Below are positions 51,931-64,000 of a stretch of DNA of 64,000 nucleotides, piece by piece. The notes below the pieces were generated by a model. That model saw nothing but the letters and a program-made list of their open reading frames with translations. It was not told where the DNA came from and did no database searches. The DNA lies in contig OX597819.1 in the NCBI GenBank assembly GCA_951406725.2, positions 84,444,001 to 84,508,000 on the forward strand, in the 5' to 3' direction. The position numbers and the translations under genes are program-made. Source of the stretch: Octopus vulgaris. Taxonomy: Eukaryota. The first letter of the stretch is position 1. Each line of letters opens with the position of its first letter.

Positions 51931-53455
51931 CCGTAAATTCCGGGCTATAATTCCACACTTTGAATATTGCGGCCAATACTATGATGCAGCAAATGCATGT
52001 TTTTTTTGTCATGTCGCAAAAAACATTTTGCCTCACAACAGTAGACCAATCAAATTGATGAGTAGGTCACAGAGGTCCAATGAAGTTGTGCGATAAATCA
52101 AGAGCACTTTCACAATTCAATTACCGATATTGTAAAGCTGTCATCTGTATTCACCCTCATCAACATGGAAAACACTCAAAGAAAAGCATATAATGCAGCT
52201 TTTAAGTTGAAGGCAATCAATCTGGCGGTTGAAGAAGGAAATCAAACTGCTGCATGTAAATTTGGCATAAATGAATCGATGGTGAGATGGTGGAGACGCC
52301 AGCAGGAAGAACTGAGTCAGTGCAAAAAGACAACAGAATCTTTCAGAGGTAACCATAGCAGATGGCCTGAACTTGAAAACTTTCTTGAAGACTGAGTTAA
52401 CACACGGAGAGCAAGCAGCTACAGTGTTTTCACCGTGCAGATCAGACTGAAGGCTAAAACAATCACCACCGAAATGAAAATTGAAGATTTTAGTGGTGGG
52501 CCATCATGGTGTTTTAGATTTATAAGAAGAAAAGGCCTGTCCATCAGGGCATGCTCGATTTTGTGTCAGCAGCTCCCTCCTGACTATGAGGAAAAACTTG
52601 TTAACTTTCGCACATTCACTCAAACAAAGATAGCAGAGAATTCTATTGGGTCAGAAAATATCATAAATATGGATGAAGTACCTTTGACATTTGACCTGCC
52701 TCTCACTCGGACTGTTAATAAAAAAGGTGATTCGTCCATCACACTGAAAACAAGTGACCATGAGAGAACTCATTTTACCTGTTTTCTGAGCTGCACAGCA
52801 TCTGGACTAAAGCTTCCACCAATGGTGATTTTTAAGTGGCTGACAATGCCAAAGGAAAAGTTCCCCAAAGAAATCGTGGTGAAAGTCAATAAGAAAGGTT
52901 GGATGATGGAGAGCTTAATGAAAGATTGGCTCAGAGAGTGCTATACCAAGCGACCTGGGGGATTTTTTCACACAAAAAAAAGCATTGCTCGTTATGGACA
53001 GCCCATATAACAGATTCAGTGAAAGCTGCCATCAAGAGTACAAACTCAATTCCAGCTGTGATTCCTGGGGGCACCACTAAGTATTTGCAGCCTCTAAACA
53101 TCAATGTGAACCAGGCATTTAAAGTGGCACTGCACCGTGAGTGGGAGGATTGGATGACAAGCGGCGAGAAATCCTTCACTAAAACAGGCCACATGCGAAC
53201 AGCATCTTTCACTCAAGTCTGCCAGTGGATCCTAAATGCGTGAAGCTGTGTCAAAACATCCACCATCACCAACGGGTTTCAAAAAGCTGGACTGCTGCAT
53301 GATGAAGAGGACCAGGTGCACTCAAGTGAGAGCGACAATGAAGAGGTTGAAGTGAGTGACGAGATACTGAGGCTGTTCAATTTGGACACTGAAGAAGAGG
53401 ATTCTGATGGTTTCAGTGTGCAGGAAGATGACTTTTGACCTGGTAGGCTGCAGTG

Positions 53456-53496
<41 letters not shown>

Positions 53497-54005
53497 TCAT
53501 CATCATCATCATCATCATCATTTAGTGTCCGTTTTCCATGCTAGCATGGGTTGAACGGTTCAACTGGGGTCTGTGAAGCCGGAAGGCTTCATCAGGCCCA
53601 GTCAGATCTGGCAGTGTTTCTACGGCTGGATGCCCTTCCTAACGCCAAATATATATATATATACAGGTTGTTAGGAGGAATGTTGTTCATGCACTGTTCA
53701 GTAAAAAAACATAAGCAATGTAATTTGTGTGTTACTGATACATACGTATATTTAAAGGTACCCGTGTTACAGGCACTGTGCGAAAAAAAGCATTTGCAAT
53801 ATGTGTTTATGTTACCATACGGATTAAATTAAAAGTTGAAAAATCCCCACATGTAATATCTTTCTGTGTAAATATCTCATCTTACAATACTGGACACCTG
53901 TGGCTTAAAATCTGGTGCAGCCTGTACAAATACAAAATTGATTTCTTTCTAAAATTAGAGCATGCGGTTTTTAATCAGGTGCGCTCTGTAGTCCAGAATT
54001 TACGG
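51931..54005 (+). mobile_element. pogo-family (POGK/Brinker-DBD type) DNA transposon, degraded
   Basis: TIRs CCGTAAATTC / GAATTTACGG with TA target duplication. Transposase 52165-~53437: RKAYNAAFKLKAI, NMDEVPLTFD, KLPPMVIFK, IPGGTTKYLQPLN. An RTE tail plus microsatellite is inserted at ~53452-53663. Confidence 0.9.
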
Positions 54006-54040
54006 TAAATAAATGGAGTTAAACACAGGTGTTATTCAAA

Positions 54041-54139
54041 TTCTTTTACTTCCGACACATGTTTCAAAGATATCATTGGTTTTATTCCAAATGAATAAAA
54101 TGTAAAACAATGCAATCTTCTCTTCAGGGAAATGAAGAA
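54041..54139 (-). ncRNA. Type I hammerhead ribozyme motif
   Basis: Minus strand: UUCUUCAUUUCC CUGAAGA GAAGAU...AUCUUU GAAA CAUGUGUC GGAAGUAAAAGAA. Canonical core, GUC cleavage triplet, extended stem I and long stem II. Confidence 0.65.
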
Positions 54140-54619
54140 ATGAAACTCATCAATAAGACATTTTAACAGAATATGATGGATATGTATAGTGATTAACTGA
54201 ACGCTATTAAGTTTGTTTTAAACAAAAAGAAGAGGATATAATGTCAAAGGTAGCCTATATAGAAAGAGGAGGGGTAAAGGAAAGAAAAAACCAAATAAAT
54301 GAGAAGTATATAATGATACGTAAATTAAATATAACTCTAAAGTCTTGGAAAAAGATATATCTAGTGAATGTGAAATGTAAGAAGAAAATTAATGTGTATA
54401 ATGTAAGAAGAAAATTAATTATATATAATGATAGATATCACTTATGTGAACTAAAGGTGTGTTTCTGCCAATGTTTACATCTGTATGCACACTCTATAAC
54501 CGTGTTTACAGGGGATTTTTAGAAAAAAAGAATAAACACGCCTTTAGTTCATATAAATGATATCTATCATTATATATAATTTATACATTAATTTTCTTCT
54601 TACATTTACATTTTACTAG

Positions 54620-55557
54620 GTGCTGGCTGGATAGCGAACTCTAAAATCTTATCAGCCATGGTAGCTAGTTGATCTGCGGTGTTGGTATCAACCGCTGTGG
54701 CTAAGATGGTTTGCACATTGGGAGGGAGCTTGGAGAAGAAAAACTTCTATAAAAGTGAGTTATCCTCAGTCTTGTTACTGGGCTCATGGAGATGCTGTAA
54801 AAACTGAGATGGCATCCTGTCTCCTAACTCCTCATCTTGCATAAGCTGCTTAAACTTAGACTCCACAGATTTGGTGTACTGTCAGAGCACCTCGGATTTG
54901 ACTAATGCACCTTGATGAGGATCAGTGATAAGATCCCTGACTGAAGTAGCGAGTGATGCTGGAATGCTACAAAAGAGAAGATTTAACTGTTGCTGCAAAG
55001 ATACAGCATGTGCCGCAAAATACACCTCCAACTGAGCGAACCAAAGCGTGACATCACCAGTGAAATGAGGAAGATTGGGTGAATACATTTTTTTTGTGTG
55101 TTTTTTTTTCCGTCAGAGGAGAAAAAGAAATGGACCAAAAAACCAACAAAAGTGTTGTTTCCACGTGGGGCAATTCAAATGTGGAAACAGGAACGATGGC
55201 TGGAAGTTGATGGGTGACTTGCCAGAAGTTGATGGACGGCTAGAGTCGTGGCTATTGATGTGTTTACCAGTTGGAAGCGAGTGAAAACTGCCAGACTGTG
55301 ATTCGGTTGAGCATCTATGCAATGAAGCCTGTGACTGTCGAAAAAAACCTTTTCTACATCGAGGGTCACCATTTTATAATGGATGGCAAGGTTTACGATA
55401 TTGGGAGAATATCGCCCTCCTCCATTATCTCTTTTTGTTCTTTGTGTAGTTCAGGCTCTGGCAGGCAAAGAGAGAGAGAGTCTTTAAGTACAAATGCAAT
55501 TTACAACTGGTTTATTGGATTTCATCCAATATGGCGCTGACTGCTTGTGCCGCTACA
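54620..55557 (-). mobile_element. Gypsy LTR retrotransposon 5' fragment (LTR, tRNA-Trp-like PBS, gag)
   Basis: LTR begins TGTAGCGG at 55557. PBS TGGTGACCCTCGATG starts at 55371. gag remnants LPHFTGDVTLWFAQLE, LGDRMPSQFL and FFSKLPPNVQTILA. Confidence 0.75.
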
Positions 55558-55732
55558 TATGTATATGTATATATATATATGTATATATACATGTATACAT
55601 ATATGTATATGCATATATATACGTGTATATATATATGTATATATACATATGTATATGTATATATATGTGTGTGTATATGCATATATACATATGTATATAT
55701 ATGTGTGTGTATATGTATATATATATATATAT
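55558..55732. repeat. (TA)/(TATG)n microsatellite
   Basis: Directly visible. Confidence 0.9.
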
Positions 55733-55759
55733 TTCTGTGTGAGTTAGAGGTTGGGAAGC

Positions 55760-56815
55760 AATAATAATGACATTAATAGTAATAACAATAATGACAATAA
55801 TAATTATAACAGTAATAAAAATAAAAACTAACAATACACATAACATAAAAAACCCTAATCATGGAAAGAAGGAAAATGACACCGTCAGGTTAATCATCCC
55901 ATTTCCTATGCAAATTAAGAATAACATAGTTAAAACAATATTTAGATTTAACAAACATTTTATATAAGGAAAAAACAAATACTGGGAGATAATTAACAAC
56001 AAAACAATAAGAATAGGATACAATTTAACACATAATCTGGCTACCATCATCTCCTTAATAAACAATAGAAAACTGGACACCTATTTAAGTAGAAAAAATA
56101 ATAACAGTAATATGCACACTAAAAATAACAATAGCCACAATAATAATAATAGTAGTAATAGCGGTGTTGGTTGAAAAAAAAATAATAACAACAATAATAG
56201 TAATATTAAAATCAATAATAATAATAATAATAATAACAACAATAGTAATATCAAAATCAATAATAACAACAACAATAATAATAGTGATACAAGCAATAGT
56301 AACAGCCTCAATATCATTATTAGTATCAACAATAGCCACAGCACCAACAATGCAATACCTAATGTTACCCACACAGCTATATAGAACCTGTGATTGTAGA
56401 ATTAGCAGGAAATGTGTATCCAACAATAATTGCATTAGAAAGTAAGTAGTATATCAATATGTAGTAAGTACACAATCTGGTAATAAGGTATATGTAGGAG
56501 CAACCCAGAATAATATGAAACATAGACTTAATCACCTTAGGTACACCTTTAGAGACAGAAATAGGAGAAATTCAATGGGATTGAGCAACTATGTATGGAA
56601 ACTTAAGGATAGGGGAATTGATTATAACCTACATTGGAAGATTTTAACCACAGCACCAGTGTATTGTACAAAGAATAGGAAATGTATGCTATGTGTAAAT
56701 GAAATTTTCTTCATAATTAAAACCAACCTTCCACTTATTAATTCTCTTTAGGAGAGAAACAATTCCTGCCTTCACAAGACCAAGCACACCTTTTCTAAAT
56801 ACCATTACTACTAGT
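55760..56815 (+). mobile_element. Degraded Penelope-like element 3' part (Asn-rich linker plus GIY-YIG)
   Basis: LIIPFP..., (AAT/AAC)n tracts, CDCRISRKC..C, VVYQ..VYVGAT, SMGLSNYVWKLK..WKIL..CMLCVNE. Confidence 0.78.
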
Positions 56816-58126
56816 TATTTAACCCCCACTAGCACCCCTCCTTATTCGTATCATAATAACAATATTCATATTATTAATACCTTCCTGTACATGGTCACCA
56901 TACAATGCTTGCCATATTCCCCCATTGCGCTATATGCCCTGGTTCTTCCCACTCTAACTAGTTTGCGATGAACCTTTTCTAGGTAGATACCTGTATATAC
57001 TTTTATGTGTATGGATGTATGTACGAATATATGCATGTATGCTGTGTGCAGATGTATATATGTATTTATACATGTATGTGTGTATCTGCATGTGTGTGTG
57101 TATGCACATATAAGTACATGCAGTTGTAATCCTATTTCTGTGTGGGTATGTGTAGGTATAGAGCTTTGTATGTATAGGTGAATATGCGTATTGTGTCTAT
57201 GTATGAATGTGCATTGTTTGAGTGTATATGTATACATATATATGTAAGTGTATGTATGTGCGTATGTATATATATATATGTGTGTGTGTGAGTATGTTTG
57301 TGTGTACATGTATATGTATCATCATCATCATCATTTAACGTCCGCTTTCCATGCTGGCATGGATTAGACGGTTTGACTGAGGACTCTTGAGCCAGAAGGC
57401 TGCGCTAGGCTCCAATCTGATCTGGCAAAGTTTCTACAGATGGATGCCCTTCCTAACGCCAACTACTCCAAAAGTGTAGTGAGTGTTTTTACATCCCACC
57501 GGCATGAGGACCAGTCAGGCAGTACTGAGAATGACCACGCTCAGATGTTGTTTTTTACATGCCAGTAAGGTGACACTGGCAACGATCACGCTCGAATGGT
57601 GCTCTTTACGTGCCACTGGCATGGGAGCCAGTCTCAGTCACTAGTCATTGCCTCGGTGAGGCCCAATGTTCGAAGGTTGTGCTTCACCACCTGATCCTAG
57701 GTGTTTTTGGGTCTACCTCTTCCACAGATTCCCACAACTGCTAGGGTGTGACATAAACCATTATGTACAATCGGATAATTGAGTATAATATAATGTAATT
57801 TACTATAGCTAAACAACCTAATACATCATAACCCATAGATGCCTACACCCCATAGTTGACACCCTTATCTGAACACAAATACCTCCAATTTGCACCTGCA
57901 ACTGATACTACCTCTTCCCTTAGAACTAAATTGAGTACTATTCCAATACGGAATTAATTAATTAATTATTTTTTCAATACTTTTCTCGCTGGATTAAGTG
58001 GTTGTTTCTCTTTTTGTCTTCTGCAATTTTATTTTTGGATCTTCTATATATATGAAGAATTTTCCTCCGTCTAGCTGTTTTTCTCTCTACAAAATGGGAA
58101 GTTACATTCTGGAACAGTCATTTTAA

Positions 58127-59082
58127 CATCATCATCATCATCATTTAGCATCCGCTTTCCATGCTAGCATGGGTTGGACGGTTCAACTGGGGTCTGGGAA
58201 GCCAGAAGGCTGCACCAAGCCCAGTCTGATCTGGCAATGTTTCTACGGCTGGATGCCCTTCCTAACGCCAACCACTCCGTGAGTGTAGTGGGTGTTTCTT
58301 ACGTGCCAGACGGGGCTGGCAAACGGCCACGGTTGGATGGTGCTTTTTATGTGCCACCAACACTGGGGCCAGGCGAGGCTGGCAATGGCCATGATCGGAT
58401 GGTGCTTTTTACCTTCCACTGGCACGGGGGCCAGGCGAGGCTGGCAGCGGCCATGATTGGATGGTGCTTTTTACGTGCCACCGGCACGGGGACCAGTCGA
58501 AGCTAGCAACGGCCACGGTCGGATGGTTCGCTTACATGCCACCGGCACTGGTATCACAGCTACAATTTCCATTGATGTTGATCGATTTCAATTTTGATTC
58601 TGATTCTCACTTGCCTCAACAGGTCTTCACAAGTAGAGTTTTGTGTCCCAAGAAGGAAAGGTATGCATAAGTGGACTGGCTACATCCCAGGTAGAGGCCA
58701 CGTGTTATGGTCTCACTTGTCCTGCTGGGTCTTCTCACGCACAGCATACTTCCATAGGTCTCGGTCTCTAGTCATTTCCTCTGTGAGACCTAAAGTTTGA
58801 AGGTCGTGCTTCACCACCTCGTCCCAGGTTTTCCTGGATCTACCTCTTCCACAGGTTCCCTCAACCGCTAGGGTGTGGCACTTTTTCACACAATTATCTT
58901 CATCCATTCTTGTCACATGACCATACCAGCGCAAACGTCTCTCTTGCACACCACAACTGATGCTTCTTAGGTCCAACTTTTCTCTCAAGGTACTTACACT
59001 CTGTCGAGTATGAACACTGACATTACACATCCATCGGAGCATACTGGGTTCATTTCTTGCAAGCTTACACATATCCTCAGCA
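58127..59082 (-). mobile_element. 5'-truncated RTE LINE (same family as 30061-30875)
   Basis: EDMCKLARNEPSMLRWMC..RRLRWYGHV..GRGRSRKTW, with (CAT)n tail. Confidence 0.88.
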
Positions 59083-59242
59083 TTATTTATCACCCAACAA
59101 GATACATCTGCACCACTGGATACTCCTGAACCAGTTTTTGTGTGTCTCACAAGAGGAGCTGATGCTAGATGTCTCGAAACAATTGTTGTAATTAATAATA
59201 TTATTATTATTCTTGTATATTCCATCTCCTGTCTTTTATTTG

Positions 59243-59288
<46 letters not shown>

Positions 59289-59385
59289 TCAATATAGGGT
59301 GGCAAAAAATTTCGTAGAAATTTATTTGCCACCAGCGGCCTAGTGGGAAAAAATTAAATAGTCATAGACCATTTATAAGTTCAAC

Positions 59386-59608
59386 ATCACAATCAAGGAA
59401 TGGCCATAATAGGCCATTCACCCACTAGAAATAACAGCCAAAGCTTCAACCGCAAAATAACATTAATTCCGCAAACCAGGAGAAAATTACAGGGTAAATG
59501 TTTTTTTAATTTTCTCCTGGTTTGCGGAATTAATGTTATTTTGCGGTTGAAGCTTTGGCTGTTATTTCTAGTGGGTGAATGGCCTATTATGCCCATTCCT
59601 TGATTGTG

Positions 59609-59610
<2 letters not shown>
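59386..59610. repeat. 104-bp inverted repeat with 17-nt spacer
   Basis: 59386-59489 is the reverse complement of 59507-59610 with a single mismatch. Confidence 0.95.
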
Positions 59611-59658
<48 letters not shown>

Positions 59659-60281
59659 ATGTATGTATATATGTATGTACATCTGTATGTATGTATATAT
59701 GTATGTACATCTGTATGTATGTATATATGTATGTACATATGTATGTATGTACATATGTATGTATATATGTATGTACATATGTATGTATATATATATATAT
59801 ATATGTCTATATATATGTATATATGTGTATATGCATATATATATATGTATATGTATGTATATGTATATATATAAATATGCATGTATATGTATGTATATAT
59901 ATAAATATGCATGTATATGTATGTATATATATAAATAGGCATGTATATGTATATATATATGCATATATATATACATATACATATGTATATATATATCCAT
60001 ATATATGTATATGTATATTTATTTATGTATGTATGTATATATATGTATGTATGTATATATATGTATGTATGTATGTATATATATGTATGTATGTATGTAT
60101 ATGTATGTATATATATGTATGTATGTATGTATATATATGTATGTATGTATGTATGTATATATATGTATGTATGTATATATATGTATGTATGTATATATAT
60201 ATATGTATATGTATGTATGTATATATATATATGTATATGTATGTATGTATATATATATGTGTATGTATATGTATATATATG
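59609..60281. repeat. (TA)/(TATG)n compound microsatellite
   Basis: About 670 bp of TATG/TA low-complexity sequence; it accounts for the many Y/I/H/M/V ORFs in the track. Confidence 0.95.
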
Positions 60282-63200
60282 CATATTTTCCTTCATCGCG
60301 ATACACATATTGTTTTGAGCTAAGTGGGGGTGCTAGATTCCCTTGTTCGAAAATATAAAGGCACAGATCATGTTGTATAGCCAGCTGGAGACAATGTCTC
60401 CTGGGGCTAAATTACAGCAACATTCATCCTAAACTAGGACTGCAATGTTATGTTGGTAAACAATCTTTACTCTAAAGTACCGTTACTGAATATCTCTTGT
60501 TTTGAGATTTAGAAATTGTAATTTTCTAAAAATTCTTTATTTATGGGTTAAGACTACCATTAGTTTTATGTTAAGTGAGAGATCCCTTAACAATTATCAA
60601 ACCTGCCTCATGGAACATCAGTGTTCATCTCCATCTTCGATTAAAACAAGATTATGTAAGATCATGATAAAATAACACAAGATTTTGTGTCCCCCCTGAT
60701 TGTATGTGTGCATGCACATGCATGTGTGTGTCTGTGAATGCTTGTCTCCTTCTGTTGATGTCACATGAGTGTTGTAAATGAATGTTTTCCATTTTCAATA
60801 CTCTGTGAAAATCTCTTTCGCCATGGGGAAATGTTACCTTACTTGGAACAAGGTAAGAGTTAGCAACAGGAAGAGCATCTAGCCATAGAAAGTATGTCTC
60901 AATAAACTCTGGGAAAATGAACATCAAAATGGTGATGGTATGTAGTGTCTTGTAAACTGTTATCCATCATCATCATCCATATATACATATGTATATATAT
61001 GATACTTGTTTACAGCCCTCATGTGATGCCAAACACAAGAGTACACACACACACACACGCCAAACTTTTTTCGGTTTCCATCTATCAAATCCACTCACAA
61101 GTTGTTAGGTAACCGGGCATTATAATAGGAGACACTTGCCCAAGTGCTGTGCAGTGGGACTGAACCTGAAATCACATGGTTGGAAGCACAGCCATGCCAT
61201 TCAGAATACAAATTTATCCAAATTTGAGAATGTTTTTAGAACCACCATCAACATCATTGTTGATACATTTCTCTTTTGCTTGGTTTCTCTGACCCGATAC
61301 TCTTCTCTTCACCAAGTGTTTTGCAAAGTGTACTTGGGTATGTGTTATCATAGCATCAGCTTTAAAGATGGTGTGATGTCCTCAACAAGGTTAAAGAATT
61401 CGCTCAAATGAATGTCCTCTCAATCTGATCACTAATCAATTTACAAAGTGCATGGGCTGTGTTTTATCATCCACCAATACTGTTGGTGCATAGGGAGTAC
61501 ATATCTTTTGTCTCCCTCCTGATCAGCCTGCCAGGGCTTTACTCTCATTCAGCATAGCAACTGTGGGCTGGAAGAGGCCTTGTGGCAGGCCCCACACTGA
61601 ATTGCTGGATGTGATTAAGGAAGATCTTCAGAGGCTCAACGTCACCTTGGAAGATGCAGAGGGGCTGGCGCAGGACTGTCAATAACGGAAAGCATTGGTG
61701 GACCTGGTTGGTTCTCTGCATGGTGATGTCTCTGTGACCACTGACTTGAAATGACCCCAGCACCATCAAGCAAGGGCATGAAGCAAGCAATACTATTGTC
61801 TTTTGTCCTGTAAGACTAATGGTGACTTTGCTATTTTATGCTATGTCCATTCAATCAATGCAACTTGAATAAGAGGGTGACTAATGGATAAAATGACTAT
61901 GGAGGAAACTAGGATGTGGGTGAAAGGGACAAGTGTTTGATGATAGTGACAGAAATAAGAGAGAGAGAGTTAGCTTCTCTAAATTTGCACTCTTTGAAAG
62001 ATTTTCATTTACACAAGAAGACAAGACAGGGAATATTGACTCTTTGTATAGACAGCGATAGTTGAGTGTAGGAGGCTATTCAATAAAAGCACTAGACATA
62101 TTTGTACCAAGGCCCCCTGAAGGGTTCCTTGAGTACATGTAGGCCCAGTACCATCCATTGTAACAGAGGTGGATGGCCTAGAGAGTAAGTGCATGTCAAA
62201 ACGAGGGGAGGATCAAACCAATCCAATGTCTGTTAATTCTGTCACTTCTGGCCTCTTCCAGCCCACAACTGCTGCGTTTAATGAGAGTAAAGCCTCTGTA
62301 GGATGAGTCTTGTGGGAGATGGAGGACATGTACTCCCTATGGAAGCCACTTTGGCACTAACAGTAATAGTGGATGATACAATGCAGCATGGTATGTAGTG
62401 CATAGAAGAGAGGGTGAGGGATAGAGAACTGGGGAATAGGTGGAAGCTAGAAAGATGGGTGGTAGAGATGTGAGTGATAGACAGACAGATGATAAAGAGA
62501 TGAGCAGAAGAGAAATGAAAGAATGTTTGGTAGAGAGATGGGTAATGGAAAGATGAGAGAAAGAAAAGGGATAGAGAAACAAAGTGATGATCAGATAAAT
62601 TTTGTTTCACTTTTATGTCATTGTATCAGAACAGTTAAAATATGTTAAAAGCCACTTAATTAAACCTGTTGAATGAATATCTGCTGTGTGACAACTATCA
62701 AACAGATACTTGTATCAATGTGGATTAGGTCAAATCACTGTAGGTCAGTTGACTTTTATTTAGATAGTATATATGTATGTTAGGTTTGTTGATAAAGATA
62801 GTATACACTAATTTTTCAGCTGATTATCTACATAGATTGCAGAGTGATTTTTAGAGTCAAGTCACACGACTTCTAGACAGTGATCCAATTATTAAACACA
62901 TCCTTCCAGAAATACTAGACTAGTTAGATAAGTGAACTCTCTAAGCAGATATTAAGAGAATCTATCATAAATAATAATAGACAACAACCAATGAAGGAAT
63001 CTCTATGGCCTGCTAGAAGTAACAGCTTAGTGTCCAAAAATAAAAAAATGGACATGTTAAATATTGTTGTTCAAGGTGTACACAATGCCTTAAAAAAGAA
63101 ACAATGGGATGGTCATGATTGGAATGGCCTTGTTTATAGAGCTGGACTGAGGTTATATAACAATGCCATGTGCAAAATGTTAAGTCAAAGAGATTTTCTG

Positions 63201-63524
63201 TAAAAGAAAGATAATACTATTTCAAATTAGGATCTTTTTGATAATCATCATAAAGTATCAACCAGGAATAAATACTAGAATAGCATTAAATATTAAATTG
63301 ATTAACTAATCTCTGTAGTAATTTATTCAAGTTACATGCATATTTTTACAAAACAGAACCATGTGATAATCAGCTTAATTCTAAGTCTGTTGTTGGTTAG
63401 TCATAGTTCAACAACAAATGAAAAGAGACCTATGGTCAAAGGCATTCCAGACATGGCAATCTTTTCATTTTACTATATTATCTACTGAGTTCTTTCATAT
63501 TTTTTAGAGATGATTGTGATTTAA

Positions 63525-63745
63525 CCCTTTAGCATTCGAATTACTCTGTCGAATGTAATGATTATTTATTCACATTGTTTTGAATTAATCCTGCATTATC
63601 TTGTAGCTTTGAGATCTCATTGATGTGATTATTAATTTTTAGAATGACATTGTAGGTTAGGTGTAATAGGTTGGATCTTACTGGTTTGAAGATAAAACAT
63701 GTAGAATATTTGGGCCTGATATGGCCAATTTAAATACTGAAGAGT
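63525..63745. mobile_element. TTAA-targeting MITE, degenerate right end
   Basis: TTAA|CCCTTTAGCATTC start. Internal sequence matches the 17305-17515 copy. Confidence 0.7.
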
Positions 63746-64000
63746 CAAGGGAGTTTTGGCTGTTTCTAGCGGATTCAGTGACCATCTACAGTCTCCCTCA
63801 TTGTTTTAAATTATGTAATCTATTATATCATCTGCCCCATATATCTCTCCATTATGCTTAGTGTGTCCAATTCCCCAGGCCCCACATTAGTCAATACACC
63901 TACCAAGTCCTTCCTTCTTAGAACATTGGCCCTCTGGAATTCATTCTTTATTCATATCTCTCTGACAGGTGTTGACTTACAAAAGTTGAAGAGAAATAGT

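Noticed and set aside
59298-59344. Hairpin followed by CTAG as a Helitron 3' end
   Set aside because: No 5' TC terminus or Rep/helicase remnant is visible, and the sequence continues directly into the palindrome.
59568-60358. Long Y/I/H/T/M/V-rich ORFs (also at 11735-12170 and 55494-55846)
   Set aside because: They are translations of TA/TATG microsatellites, not genes.

Overview
AT-rich, repeat-dense animal genomic DNA. The SINE and RTE-LINE families, the TA/CA/CAT microsatellites and the many Penelope-like elements suggest an octopod cephalopod, but this is inference from repeat content only. One host gene is clearly resolved: RPL36 (eL36) on the + strand, with three coding exons (14439-14534, 19923-20057, 21959-22066; 112 aa), a TOP-like start and polyA signals. 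A probable first coding exon of a second, divergently oriented gene lies at about 6.5 kb on the - strand, possibly followed by a 7-nt microexon. A third CpG-retaining, promoter-like region lies at about 39-42.8 kb. Most of the rest is transposons: a nearly intact Neptune-type Penelope-like retroelement (30881-35549) with identical 153-bp terminal direct repeats, degraded Naiad-type Penelope-like elements, RTE LINE fragments, two pogo/Tigger elements, a mariner, a DD37D (maT) element, a piggyBac derivative, hAT and TTAA MITEs, a Gypsy LTR-PBS-gag fragment and several tRNA-derived SINE families. The most interesting unexplained signals are: (1) a ~230-nt multi-hairpin RNA structure in an RPL36 intron that masks an in-frame cryptic 3' splice site, a candidate autoregulatory splicing element or intronic ncRNA; (2) hammerhead-ribozyme motifs in the Penelope repeats and at 54.1 kb; (3) a near-perfect 104-bp inverted repeat at 59.4-59.6 kb. 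All structures were read by eye; no folding or database search was run.
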